Made by a program: the position numbers and the translations under genes. Source: Lepidodermella squamata (lineage: Eukaryota > Animalia > Gastrotricha). From it: DNA of 64,000 bases. Of this stretch, positions 53,101 to 64,000 are shown piece by piece. The notes below the pieces were generated by a model. It ran no database searches, was not told the DNA's origin, and saw only the letters and a program-made list of their open reading frames with translations. Each line of letters starts with the position of its first letter. Within the stretch, counting starts at the first letter, position 1. The DNA lies in assembly GCA_047495785.1 (NCBI GenBank), contig JBLDXI010000038.1, forward strand, positions 186,001-250,000. Direction: 5' to 3'.

Positions 53101-56100
53101 TAGGAACTTTCATTTAAGCGAAAAGTTCGATAAAAGTGCACCAAAGATTGATGACCGGTGGATTTTTTCATTTAATTAGCAAGTTAGAGTGTGTAATTGC
53201 TAGCCAGGAGTTCGAATGAATCTTTTTAAGCTGACCTTTTTAATTGAGATAGAACATTTTTTACGCTTTTAAGGTCGCTTTTTAGTCTGGCTTGTTAATT
53301 AATGTTTGTTTTTTCTTTCTCCATTAGCAGCCAACCAGGTGAATCTTGTCGGACACCTGTATTCGGCGCCAGTTTCACGAGCAACGGCGGAGTTGTAAAC
53401 GGCAATTCGCGCCACCGCTCGACTTCACCGCAAGCCGCCGCCACTGCCGCCGCTAACCTCCCGCCAGGCCGCGAAGAGTACGTCCGCGTTCAACACGGAG
53501 GCGAAGTGCCCGAATTCGGCTTTCGCCGGCCTCAGTTCACAACTGCGGCACCTGCAGCTTCACCTTCAGGTTTGTCGACGCTTCAACTTTTTATTAGCCA
53601 CGCTAGTCTCGTTTTATATATATCGCAAATGGCAATGATCTCTGAATATCATTTTATTTCAATGGCTGTAATTCAATAATGTCATAATCGTAAAAACGGC
53701 TCGGCGTTGTCGTCGTTGTTAGCCGTGTTTTCTATAATAATGTGTGGCCATGTAATCGTATAAAAATAGCCACAAAACAAATGCGCGAGACTTTTCTGCG
53801 CCTCGTGCTCGTAATCATATAACTCTGATGCGCCGGCTTAAAAGATAGCCAGCCCGGCGTCAGATGTGAGTAGCTGCTGTATAATATCCGTTTTTATAGT
53901 CTCTCGCTCTCGCTCGTTCTAAAAACAGCGTGCTTAATCGCGCATGCAATTTACCTACTTTTTTCGCCTCAAAAGCTGTGAGCGCTTTTAACTTTAGTTT
54001 TTAAGGCCGCACGTGCTACAGCGTGATAAGTTTGCTGAAAAGTGCCTCATGATTAATGGCCCGGCTCTATGACAATGCGCGAGACGACCTCGTTTAAATA
54101 GCCGGCTTTTGTTAGACCAAGGTGTCTGCACCATATATGTATTCGCATTCTTTCGTCGTCGACGACGGTGGCTCTGATGTTGGGCGGGCGGTGTAGTTCT
54201 ACTGCTCAATTAGGGCCCACTTGTGGCACATGAGCAGTGATCGAACACTAGTCACGCAGCACTTTGTTCGATCGCGCGCGAGGGACGACGCGCGTGCCGT
54301 CTCGAATTTTGCGTCAAAAGCGACAGACCTTTGTCGCTGGCGCAAATTTTGTGCATCGCCGAGCGCCACTTTATTAGCAGCAGCAGCAGCAACAGCGACC
54401 AGCAGTTGTAATTCTCAATTTAACGCAACAACGACGGTCGCTATTTGAAATGCAATAAGAAAGCGCCACTCCCCGACAGCGCCTATACTAACAACAACTG
54501 CTGCTAGTCTTGCCCATCACAATTACTTAATTGCTGAAGCTTATGTTTTATGTAAAGCTTGCTTTAGATACTTGTAACACTCAGACTCAATAATTGCTTG
54601 GCTTTTCGTTTTTCATGAGTAGTGTGTATTGTGTGTATGCCCAACAATTTCACCTTTCCCTATTTAAAAAAATCTTGTTTGGGTTTTCACAATTAATTTT
54701 TGTTCTCTGAGACAGATGATGATGGCTTTGAGAGTGTCAATTTTCTCTAAATACTAATCTCTTATTCTTTTTTTGACGTGTCATCTTTTTTTAATTTTTT
54801 GGGATTTTTTCTGATATTTTCCGTGCACTAATTTTCGAAATAGCACCTGGTGTGTGGTGGAGTGCACCTTTAGCACGCGCCCCTTTTTGTTTAACAAATA
54901 ATTTCAATAAACTATCTCCGGTGTTAATCGCCCATCAGCTTTAATTTACTACTACTACTGCTACAGCGGCGGCGTTGAACAAGCAAGAGATATAATTTGT
55001 TTGCCGTGCATTTATACAAGTTTGTTTGTTCCCGCTTCAACAAAATTCGAACCTGCGATGAGTTTTTAGCGCGATTGTTATTGCGAAGGTGTTAGCTTTT
55101 GTTGTTTGAAATGTAAATTAGTCGATGGCACGCGTTGAAGTGAGATCATCATCATCATCACCGCCATCGTAGGTACATACTACCTGAGGCACTTGTTTCA
55201 CTGCTGCGATAGGTGTGCGATACATTACAGTTTGGTCCGCCGTTTTAGTTGGTTTTTTGCCGGCGAAAGATAACACAAGAGACGGCGACTGTGTCAATTG
55301 TTACCATCGAAGCTCATCGTTGGTTTCATAAACTCGCGCTGCCAGAGAGACACACAAGTGTTAGTGTCATAATTCGTTTGTTTATTTGCTGCATTATTGT
55401 CAGAGTTGAACCTAAACACAATAGTTATAGGGGCCTGGGTAGAGAAATAACACCACCGCCACCACCGCTGCTGCTGCTGGCTGTGTCAAGAACCGCGCGC
55501 GAGAAGGCCCTACTTCTACTGTATCAGAACGGGTAAATAACAGCAAACACACCGTACCAACACGACTGGGTTGGTTTTTCACGGGCTCCTATTGTACGCC
55601 ATATTAGAATAAACCGTGACATTATTAGCCGCTATCTTATGATGCTTTTAGCACGTCTAGCCCCGTTCGTCTCGCGCAAACACAGATAGGAAAAATCCGA
55701 CTCGATGATGGTACATTACTGCCCAGCCACCTGATGTTGCGGCTTTGAATTCCATCGTCGTCTTCGGACGCGCTCTGCATAATCTGACACCTTTCGAGAT
55801 TTTTTGTAACGCAAAAAGCTAATTCAGCTCACAAAGGGATAGAGCATTTTTTTTCGACTCCATAAATAATGTATGTATAATTTGGCGTGCTGGCTGTTTA
55901 TTTTGAAAAATGTGTTTCATTTTCATTAGCTCATAAAATATCTACTCCTTGCCAGCGTCTCTATGTAATACAATAATTATTACTACACCTACTCTTTTGC
56001 GGCGCGGCGCCAACTGGCGCTCATTATTTTGCGCCCTTGTGTAGTCATAAAAAAACCCCGGAGTTTTTTTGCCTCACACGCGAGGCCGTGACCTGTTGAA

Positions 56101-59100
56101 CACGAAAAGCGCGCGCGTTATCTTAGGTTATCATCTCTTTTTAACAATGTGCGAGAAAACCACATCACAGAAAATGTTTTGCACTAAAAGCTAATGTTGT
56201 ATCTAGTTTTTTTTGAAAAATCGGTCTAAATACACAGAAAATACCTCGCAATATTTAATCATCTGCCGCGAATAATATTAATAATAAATTATTATTATTA
56301 TCAGCTCTTTTTTCCTTGATGACACGGAGGACTTGTTCATAACAAATTCTTTTTTCTTATTTTTCTAGTTTGGTGAAACTTCTTGAAAAGGATCATATCG
56401 CGAACCTCTGAAAAGCCATCATCATCTTCCGGTTGCGGCGCAATATTACGCTGTATACATATTTAGAAAAATTGTTAACCGCGCTTGCTGTGCCTTAAAA
56501 CTATCGGATATTTGTATCTTAAACGTGTTTACTTCGTCGTCAACAATCGGTCAACAATCGGTCTTCATACTCACCTGCTCATCAGAGATTTATTCCTATA
56601 TAACAATTAAAAAAATGGCGACAGTCGCCCTAATCACCGACGCCTGGCAACGCAGCGATTTGACGTCGAACCATCATTTGTACTACCAGCGATCGGAGAT
56701 GGCAGCAGCAGATCTATCGCGGCGCCGGAATAACCGCTACCTCAAAGAAAAGCATAATAACAGCATGAACAATCGCCGGAAGTTCGAAAACCAATCTCTG
56801 CTTGGCAGATTTAACCGCGAACTGTCTGTCTCGGCCGAGCAGTTATCCCTCGCAAGGCCGGCTGACAGGCAAAATGTGACAGATGACGAGGAGGATGTTG
56901 CGATGGAATGGCCGCCTAGGTCGTGCCACCGGAAGCGCGACATCGAAAAACTTCGAAACCCCCCGCCAGCCGGGTCGTCTCGACTGCAGGCGCTAATCAA
57001 GCGGAACGCTCATATCAGCGACATGGTCGCAAATTTGCGGCGCCGCATTCAGTTGCGGAACGCCATGTCCCTCGGCAATTTGACAATCAGTCTCAATGAC
57101 GAGCATCCATCGAAACGCGTCGACGATGATAACGACGAAGACAACGACCCGCCGTCGCCATCCTCGTTCTCGTCATCTTCGTGCAATAACACGAACAGCG
57201 ATCACTGCGAGGCGTCGTGCGCGTCCAGCAGCGACCCGGACTCGGGGGCGGCCAGCGACCTGTCGTGTGCCGACATCGCCGTGCATCACCACCACCATCA
57301 CCATCATTACTACTACTCGGGCAATAAAACTGAGGTTGTGGTTGAGGAGGATCGGACGGAGGACGGCGTGTTTTTCACCCCGAAGCCGGTACCAACTACT
57401 ACTACGCCGAGTAGTTCGACCCGGCCGCGGCCGGTGTGCTCGTCGGCTGGCTCGGCGGGCCCGTGCATCGACGCCTACTGCCGGGTGCATACGTGCCGCA
57501 TCCTGTCGATCATCGCCCACTGCTCGCAAGTGGCGTCGTTGCGGAAAGACCTCCAGTACCAGTCGACAATATCGCTCGACCGGCCGTCCCTCGTCAGTTC
57601 CGTGCAGAAAGAACTGAGCCGGCAACACCGGCCAATCGCCAGCAGCACCTCGTCCTCGCCCGCTGTTATCAGCAAGGCGAGTAGTCAGTCGATGCTGGCG
57701 ATCAACAGCGGCCAGCAAATGCCGCGCCACCCCTCGTACACAGCCGCGGTGTCCTCGCACCACCGGCGCCATAGTCAGCGGCACCGGGAGCGGAAACTGC
57801 AGCCGGCCATGTCGGTGTCCTCGTCGCTATCAACAACACATCTTCCGTCGATCGCAGCGGCGCCAGTGCAATTGGCGGCTTCGTCCAGCGTTCAACTCGT
57901 CATTGTGCCCGAATTTTCTTTCTTTTGCTGATTCATCATTACATTTGTTACATGTAGCAACGCAAAACACAACGCACACGACGCGCCAACCCAAATTCTC
58001 TGTTTTTCGTTACTGTTTCTCGTTTTCTTCTATCTTCGCGATTTGTCAACTTGAAAACAAGCGAGGCATCTGCTGCTTTCCTGGACGATATTCACTTAAC
58101 ATTTACCTTGGATGAAAATCGAAAAATTTGACTGTTATTTATGTAAAAAAAAAGTTTTTGGTTGCAAAACAAAAGAGAATAGTCTCGTGCTATTTAATTA
58201 CTATGAAATTACAAGGCGTTTTATTATTTATAAAAATCATTGCTACTTCAATGCTGAAATCATGCATAATATCAACTTGAATTTTGTTGCGTTTCTACAG
58301 AAAAAAGTTTATATACTTACTACGAGTGATAGAGCGCAATGTTTACGAAAATCGAATAAAAAGTGAGACAGTTTCTATCAAGAGAAACCGTGGGCTTTTG
58401 AAAAATAGTCAGCGCCGAAGGAAACGGCAAGGTTTCATTAAATATCGATGAGAAGTTACTAGCCGTGAAAATTGGGAAAATAGATTTAATTCCGTCATTA
58501 TTACCGTCAACTGGGGTCACTTTGACGCGCCAAAATGGGGTGACTTTGGCATACCGAAAATCGAAGCTGGTAAGGTGAGTGGGGTACCGTTGGATAGCCT
58601 GGACGAAGGGCACACTTAAAGTGCTATATAATTCCCATTTTGACTAGGCTGCTTTGTAAGCACGCCCGAAGTTTTAATGAAAATATAAATTTTAGAAAAT
58701 TTTCCCGTAACCTTACCTCTTATTATATGTCCAGAAATTGGCTGTATTGATGCGCATTGTACACATCCAGGCTGGCATTTTCTTGGGCTATCCAACAATA
58801 TCCCACTCACGAGGTCTTTACCTTACTTCGATTGTCGGTATGCCGACGTCACCCCATTTTGGTACGTCAAAGTGACCCCACTGAGTAAAATCCCCCCAGT
58901 TGACGGTACATCATCAGCTGTTGAGATATTTTTTTTCTGCTTATAGCTTCGATTGACATTGAAAAGCTTGGAAACTTCAACTTTTTCATTGTCCTTTTTC
59001 TATTTGAATTGCAGCTGTTTTTGGAAGCCGTCCCAACAGCAACGTGTTTTCGAACGGCAACAATAGCCCTGCTTCCCCAGTACCGGCGAGCGCATTTTTC

Positions 59101-60363
59101 CCCGCCTCACCGTCGCCATTCAACCGGCAGAGTCGATTTTCATCATTTCGAGTTCAAAGCACTCGGCCCAACTCAGCGCTTGTAGGCGGGTCTGATCGCG
59201 TCCCTGTTCACAACAACCGATTCTTTTCGACTGTTGTTGGCGATGATATTCCGCCCAGCAGCTACATGCCGCTACCGCCGCCGGACTCGCCGGCTGATAT
59301 CGCGAAACGCAAGGCCTACCTTCAACAGGCCACGCAGGAAATTCGTCGGCGGAAAGCCAGCCAGTCGGTTGCTGACTCGGCGGCTAGACGCCACAATGAC
59401 TTCTTACTACCCGGTCAAAAAACATTGCTGCCTTCTAGGACTCAGTTGGCATCGGTTTCGACACCATCCTCGCCTGTCATGACATCAGGCGGCGGGTCGT
59501 TTGTCGGCCGGTGTTGCAAGGACTTCATGGCAGTCACGCAAAGCGAGTTGACGCTGAAGCACGGCGATATAGTCCAAGTCGTTCGTAGGGTGAATAATCA
59601 CTGGTTGGAGGGCTATGTTCAAACGGATCCCAACTTTCGGCGAGGAGTTTTCCCAGCAACTCACGTCAAGGTAACAGTCTTTTGTAGCTTCATCCATGAT
59701 GTAATACCTTCCGCTTTATTAAAGCCTTTGCCGAGTGAAAAAGCAGACAGCATCCTCGCCGAAGCTAGGTTCACGTTTACTGCTGAAGCGCCTTTCGAAC
59801 TGTCATTCACCAAAGGAGATCTGATCGCCGTACAACGCCGCGTCGACGACAAATGGTACGAAGGTAGGCTTGGCCTGGCGACCGGAATCTTCCCCGCCTC
59901 TTACGTTCGCCTGCTAAGCGACCCGCCGCCTTCATTCTTCGCACCAATCGATTCATCAGCTCGGTCTGTCGCGTCCCCACCACCCGTTTACTCCCCCAAG
60001 CCGGTGCGTGCTACTCAGCCGCTGAACTACGTCGCCCAAAACTCCGGGCAATCGAGCGATGATTTTTCGCGAAGAAACGTGATCGACGATCAGAAGATCG
60101 AGGCGCGGAAGCAGTGGTTTCTAGAGCGAACGGCTGACCCGAGTGTGGCCATCGCCCTCGCTGACCTTGCCTGGGAAAGGTACGAGGCGTTGTACGACTA
60201 CGACCCTCGTGTCGCCGATGAGATTGTCATCCGGCGCGGCGACGTCGTGCAAGTTGTTGACGACGTCGTATCCGCCGACAGCTCGCTGCGTCGAATGGTG
60301 CTCGCTCGTAAAGAAAACGGCGATATCGGTGCTTGCCCGTTGGACTGCCTACGCCGGCTGTGA
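41148..60363 (+). CDS. Large multi-exon Pro/Ser-rich adaptor with three C-terminal SH3 domains (SORBS/CAP/vinexin-like)
   Basis: Terminal exon(s) 59015-60363 encode three SH3 domains (DFMA..QSELTLKHGD..WLEG..GVFPATHV; FTAEAPFELSFTKGD..WYEG..GIFPASYV; YEALYDYDP). GC-rich low-complexity exons with splice sites lie at ~41148, 42246, 43168, 43661, 45022, 46422, 47626 and 53328. No SoHo motif seen, and linkage of the upstream exons is inferred. Confidence 0.6.
45944..46145. repeat. Short repeat element with GCGGAACC(T/A)AA motifs
   Basis: Three direct copies spaced ~21 nt apart (45944-46000) and one inverted copy TTAGGTTCCGC ending ~46144; probably a MITE remnant. Confidence 0.45.
48690..48763 (+). 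repeat. Interstitial degenerate telomeric (TTAGGG)n tract
   Basis: GGGTTAGGATTTAGGGTTAGGAGTCAGGGTTAGGGTTAGGGTTAAGGGTTAAGGTTAGGGG. Confidence 0.85.
48764..48941. mobile_element. hAT-type MITE, 178 bp
   Basis: TIRs CAGTGGCGTAGCCAGG / CCTGTCTACACCCCTG; exact 8-bp TSD CGTTTAGG (48756-48763 and 48942-48949). Confidence 0.9.
56615..57931 (+). CDS. Long low-complexity ORF (Ser-rich, poly-His); alternative exon or nested gene within the SH3-adaptor locus
   Basis: ~440-codon GC-rich open frame starting at AAAATGG in AT-rich surroundings; no recognisable domain. Confidence 0.55.
   Translation: MATVALITDAWQRSDLTSNHHLYYQRSEMAAADLSRRRNNRYLKEKHNNSMNNRRKFENQSLLGRFNRELSVSAEQLSLARPADRQNVTDDEEDVAMEWPPRSCHRKRDIEKLRNPPPAGSSRLQALIKRNAHISDMVANLRRRIQLRNAMSLGNLTISLNDEHPSKRVDDDNDEDNDPPSPSSFSSSSCNNTNSDHCEASCASSSDPDSGAASDLSCADIAVHHHHHHHHYYYSGNKTEVVVEEDRTEDGVFFTPKPVPTTTTPSSSTRPRPVCSSAGSAGPCIDAYCRVHTCRILSIIAHCSQVASLRKDLQYQSTISLDRPSLVSSVQKELSRQHRPIASSTSSSPAVISKASSQSMLAINSGQQMPRHPSYTAAVSSHHRRHSQRHRERKLQPAMSVSSSLSTTHLPSIAAAPVQLAASSSVQLVIVPEFSFFC
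58504..58906. mobile_element. Tc1/mariner-pogo-type MITE, 403 bp
   Basis: TIR CCGTCAACTGGGG / CCCCAGTTGACGG flanked by TA on both sides; the inverted repeat extends inward (TGGGGTCACTTTGACG..CCAAAATGGGGTGAC...GGCATACC). Confidence 0.85.
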
Positions 60364-61020
60364 ACAAAACGTTATCATATATAATTAATTTTAGCTTGCG
60401 AATCTGTTATTCTATTTCAGCTAATCACTTGGATTTATTCTCGCAGTTAATTTCGGCTTATGGCGCGTTTGAGGCTCTTTTGAAACAGCCCATCTTCCTT
60501 TCCAGGTATTATGCTGTAATGAAAAATTTTGTCGTCCCAAGATGTAGATGTCTACTGCGCGGTAGAGCCATCTTGGGAAGCTTTTAGTAAGTGTTTATTT
60601 TTTCTACGCTGAGCTTATTTTTCTGTCTTCTTGTGCAATAAATCACGGTTTTAGCATCGCCGAAATATTGTTTTGATTTTTTTTGCGTAAAATTTTTGCG
60701 AAAATTCAGCTGCATCGAAGACTTCAATTTTCCGAATGGTTACAAATGAGAACAACAAAGTTAGAAAATCCGCCTGACAGATGAATATTAGGCTATTTGA
60801 TTATTCCAATGCAGCACCACACACTTTCCCCCCAATTTTTATAGTCGACTTCATAAATTTTTCATGCTGCCATGTGCCATGTTTATGCCCGATGATCGCC
60901 ATGTCCGATGAAATGTGTGAGTTCCGTCGAATAACAACTAGGGTTCACGTCAATCACGAAATGGCGCAAATACGAGTATGAACCACTTGGTGCAGTAAAC
61001 AGGAGAAAGATTTCAAAGAA

Positions 61021-63582
61021 ATGATGGTATTCAATTCTGCAGTTATGCTCCTGTTTGCTGTTTTCATTCGAAATTTAATCGCTGATAAACCGAAGCACTA
61101 CGACAGGCATGAAACCAGTCATGGAGCGTTATCGCTAAGGACGCATGATTTTTATTCTATTCTCGATGTTGGGGAGAATTTTGCTGACGAAGAGCAACAG
61201 GCGACTGTGAAAGTTGGGCGCTTGTCGAACAAAAGGCCAGTGGGCGTCACGCGGAAATCATCTCCTATTCGAGTTACAGCTTCAACTACCCAAAAGCCAA
61301 CCAAGACAACTTCGAAAACAACACAGCAAAACAATCGGCGATCTACAATGTACACAGTGATGCCGACAAAGGCCGATCTTCCCACGACTTATTCACGCAA
61401 AAAGACTCGTGTCTCGCCTAAAGATAAACAAAGGAGGACAACAACAACACCGACAAGCAGTCCCGAGTCTTTGGAGCCTTGGGCGGGGATAAAGGTTACA
61501 AACTGGAGCAGTGACAGTCATGAAGCACATCGGCCAGCCGAATATGGTTTGATCAATCATTTGATGAAATTTTACGATCGCAGAGTCAGGCCTGTTCGGC
61601 CCTACGTATCGATCATTAACATCACCTTCGGACTAGCCTTAAGCCAAATAATTGATGTCGACGAGAAAAATCAACAAATAACCACAAGCTGTTGGTTAAA
61701 TACGGGCTGGGTCGATTACCAGTTGACGTGGAATCCAAAAGAATGGAACGACTTGGAATACATAAGATTGCCATACAACTCAATATGGTAATTCAACAAC
61801 CCAGCTTCCAGCTCATACTTTAACGGATTCATTCGATTTTAGGCTACCTGATATACTCCTGTACAACAACGCTGATGTTATGGCCTCCTTTTCTGCGATC
61901 AGTACCAACGCTATCATTCATTATTCAGGGAACGTAACTTGGTTGAATACGGTCATCTTCAAAAGGTATGTGGCGTCCTGTGCTGGATTTTATATTGAGC
62001 TCAATTTAAATTTTAAATTTAGCACGTGCTCTATCAACGTCGAATTCGTTAGTATAAATCAAAAGGTAAATCGCTAGAATAACATAAATTTATCCTCGTT
62101 TTCCAGTTTCCTTTCGACGTTCAAAACTGCTCGCTACTTTTCTCAAGTTGGACCTATGATGGGACACAGGTGAAAAAAAACGAAAAAATGCAGAACGAGA
62201 CTTATGATTTGTTCTTCAAACAGGTTGACATTCAAACTCTCGGAACTACAGGGGACTTGTCGAATTACATGGAGAACACAGAATGGAATTTGATAAATAT
62301 GACCCAAGTCAGAGAAATCCGATACTTCAGCTGCTGCCCCAATGATCCGTACCCTTTCGTCACCTATTTCGTGATAATGCATCGACGGCCGTTGTATTAC
62401 ATGTACAACTTGTTCATGCCGTGTTTACTGTATGAGATATTTTTTCGCGTCGTGCCTAGCTGACATGATTTTCAGGATTACACTGGTAGCTCTGCTGGGA
62501 TTCTTGGTTCCTTCGAATTCAGGCGAAAAAGTTTCAATGGGAATAACAACGCTTTTGTAATTTAAAACAAAACACCATACTGGCTTGCTTTTTCACAATT
62601 TGTGTCTTTCAGGTCAATGACCGTGTTTTTGATGGTTCGAGCGTTAAAGTGGTACTTTATTCCCTTGATTAGCTGTATTTATTCCACAAAGGTTGTAGCC
62701 GAAAGTATGCCACCGACAAAGAACCACGTTCCGCTACTTGGTAACGTTTTCGAATGAAATTCCTCATTCGGCCACGCATTATCCATGGTTTGCCTTGACA
62801 TAGGACTCTATTTCGGTTTCAATATTTTGGTGGTCATGTGCACCACCGCTCTAACAGTGTTGACCCTGAATATTCACCATCACGGACAACGAGGAATACG
62901 GTAACGCGGAACTTACTCGTAGTTCAATCCATTTCCCTACTATTTTCATGCCCCTAGAATGCCCACGTTTCTACGATTCATTGTACTGTCTATTCTGTCA
63001 AAACTGGTATTCTACTCTGTGCATCTGCCAGATGGGAAATTGCTTGTGGAGAACGCGGTAATTTGCACACGAATTTGTTCCTGCAGATTGTTCAGATATA
63101 AAATTACATTTTCAGGACAAATCTGTGCCGATTATTTATAAATTGCTATGCAAAGCAACGCCTTCGTCCACTTCGGATCCTTCTGAATCGAATGGTAGCG
63201 ACTCTGCTGCAGAGCAGGATAATACAAACCAAGGCCGCGCCTTACTAAATGATGAAATAGCACAAAAAGTATCAGCTGCTGATTGCTTGCCGGATGGAAG
63301 CAGAGATGCGTTGAACATGTTGCTCATCCGAAACGTCAAACAATTAGTCGAAAGTAATAAGCAACTGAATAGTGACAAAATAACTCGTAAGGCAATCGAG
63401 GCCGAGTGGGAACAGGTTATAAAAAAGCCTTGTGGAAAATTGTATATATTATATTTCTTTTCATTCAGGCGGCCGCAATCATTGATCGGCTGATACTAAC
63501 TGTTTTCTTGGCTATTACGATTGGTGTTTCTGTTTCTATGAGCTTGTTTGATCCCAGCCTCGTTGATTCGTCACACCCATGA
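61021..63582 (+). CDS. Nicotinic acetylcholine receptor alpha-type subunit (alpha9/10-like), 12 exons
   Basis: Signal peptide; RPV, QIIDVDEKNQ, WLPDILLYNNA; Cys-loop CSINVEFFPFDVQNC; SWTYDG; vicinal Cys FSCCPNDPY; RRPLYY; M2 SGEKVSMGITTLLSMTVFLMVVAE; EWEQAAAIIDRL before M4. Confidence 0.95.
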
Positions 63583-64000
63583 GGACTGAGACCGCATCAA
63601 TGATAGTGCATCCTCAAAGAATTAGCGATGAGTGACAAAACACAACCTTGCATTCAAATAATCGTTTTATTTACTTCAATTTCGCTTCAACTGTTGCTCA
63701 TGAATAAATCATTCAGCTAAGAATTTAAAATAAATATTTGTTAACTTCACTGATTTCACATTCTAAGGATTGCTGAATCTCGCCTCGGCATGGGTATCGT
63801 AATTAGTCAAGGTCTCGATCAGCCATCGGTTAGCTCGGCTTTCTCAGAATAGTTTTGCTCGTTAATTTTGGTAACCAGCGGAATGAATGAATGAACCCAT
63901 AAGCCATACAAGGCGCTTGTCATTGTAATCGGCGTATGGAGCGACGTTAGGCTGTTGAGGTTTCCAGGCATATCTTCCTGGTTGCAATTCAAGCATTCGA

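Noticed and set aside
57096-57784. Arg-rich overlapping ORFs on other frames and the opposite strand (also at 42372-42862 and 22368-23904)
   Set aside because: Shadows of GC-rich coding sequence.
1396-62223. Four in-frame, stop-free introns (1396-1443, 39086-39139, 59671-59724, 62170-62223) read through by the ORF track
   Set aside because: About the number expected by chance among roughly 50 introns of ~50 nt; they interrupt conserved domains and are ordinary introns.

Overview
Gene-dense eukaryotic (invertebrate-like metazoan) genomic DNA with mostly very short (~45-60 nt) spliceosomal introns and the standard genetic code. Gene order: 5'-truncated Raptor (+); decayed piggyBac and probable Ty3/gypsy debris; two adjacent paralogous genes that each splice into a protein with THREE tandem ubiquitin-conjugating (E2/UBC) folds (one Rad6/UBE2A-like domain with the catalytic Cys, then two Cys-less UEV-like copies); PKA type-I regulatory subunit (+); SGSM3 (-); ENKD1 (+); a divergent SBK-type kinase (-); ZFR (-); a tightly packed operon-like run rhodanese > MOB1-like > LYRM1 > PIGL, in which LYRM1 and PIGL overlap by ATGA; a long multi-exon triple-SH3 adaptor gene (+); and a nicotinic acetylcholine receptor alpha subunit (+). 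Three MITEs have clear TIRs/TSDs. The two most unusual observations are the tri-UBC gene pair and the apparently bicistronic LYRM1-PIGL unit. Exon models were built by hand and family assignments come from recalled motifs; no database search was run.
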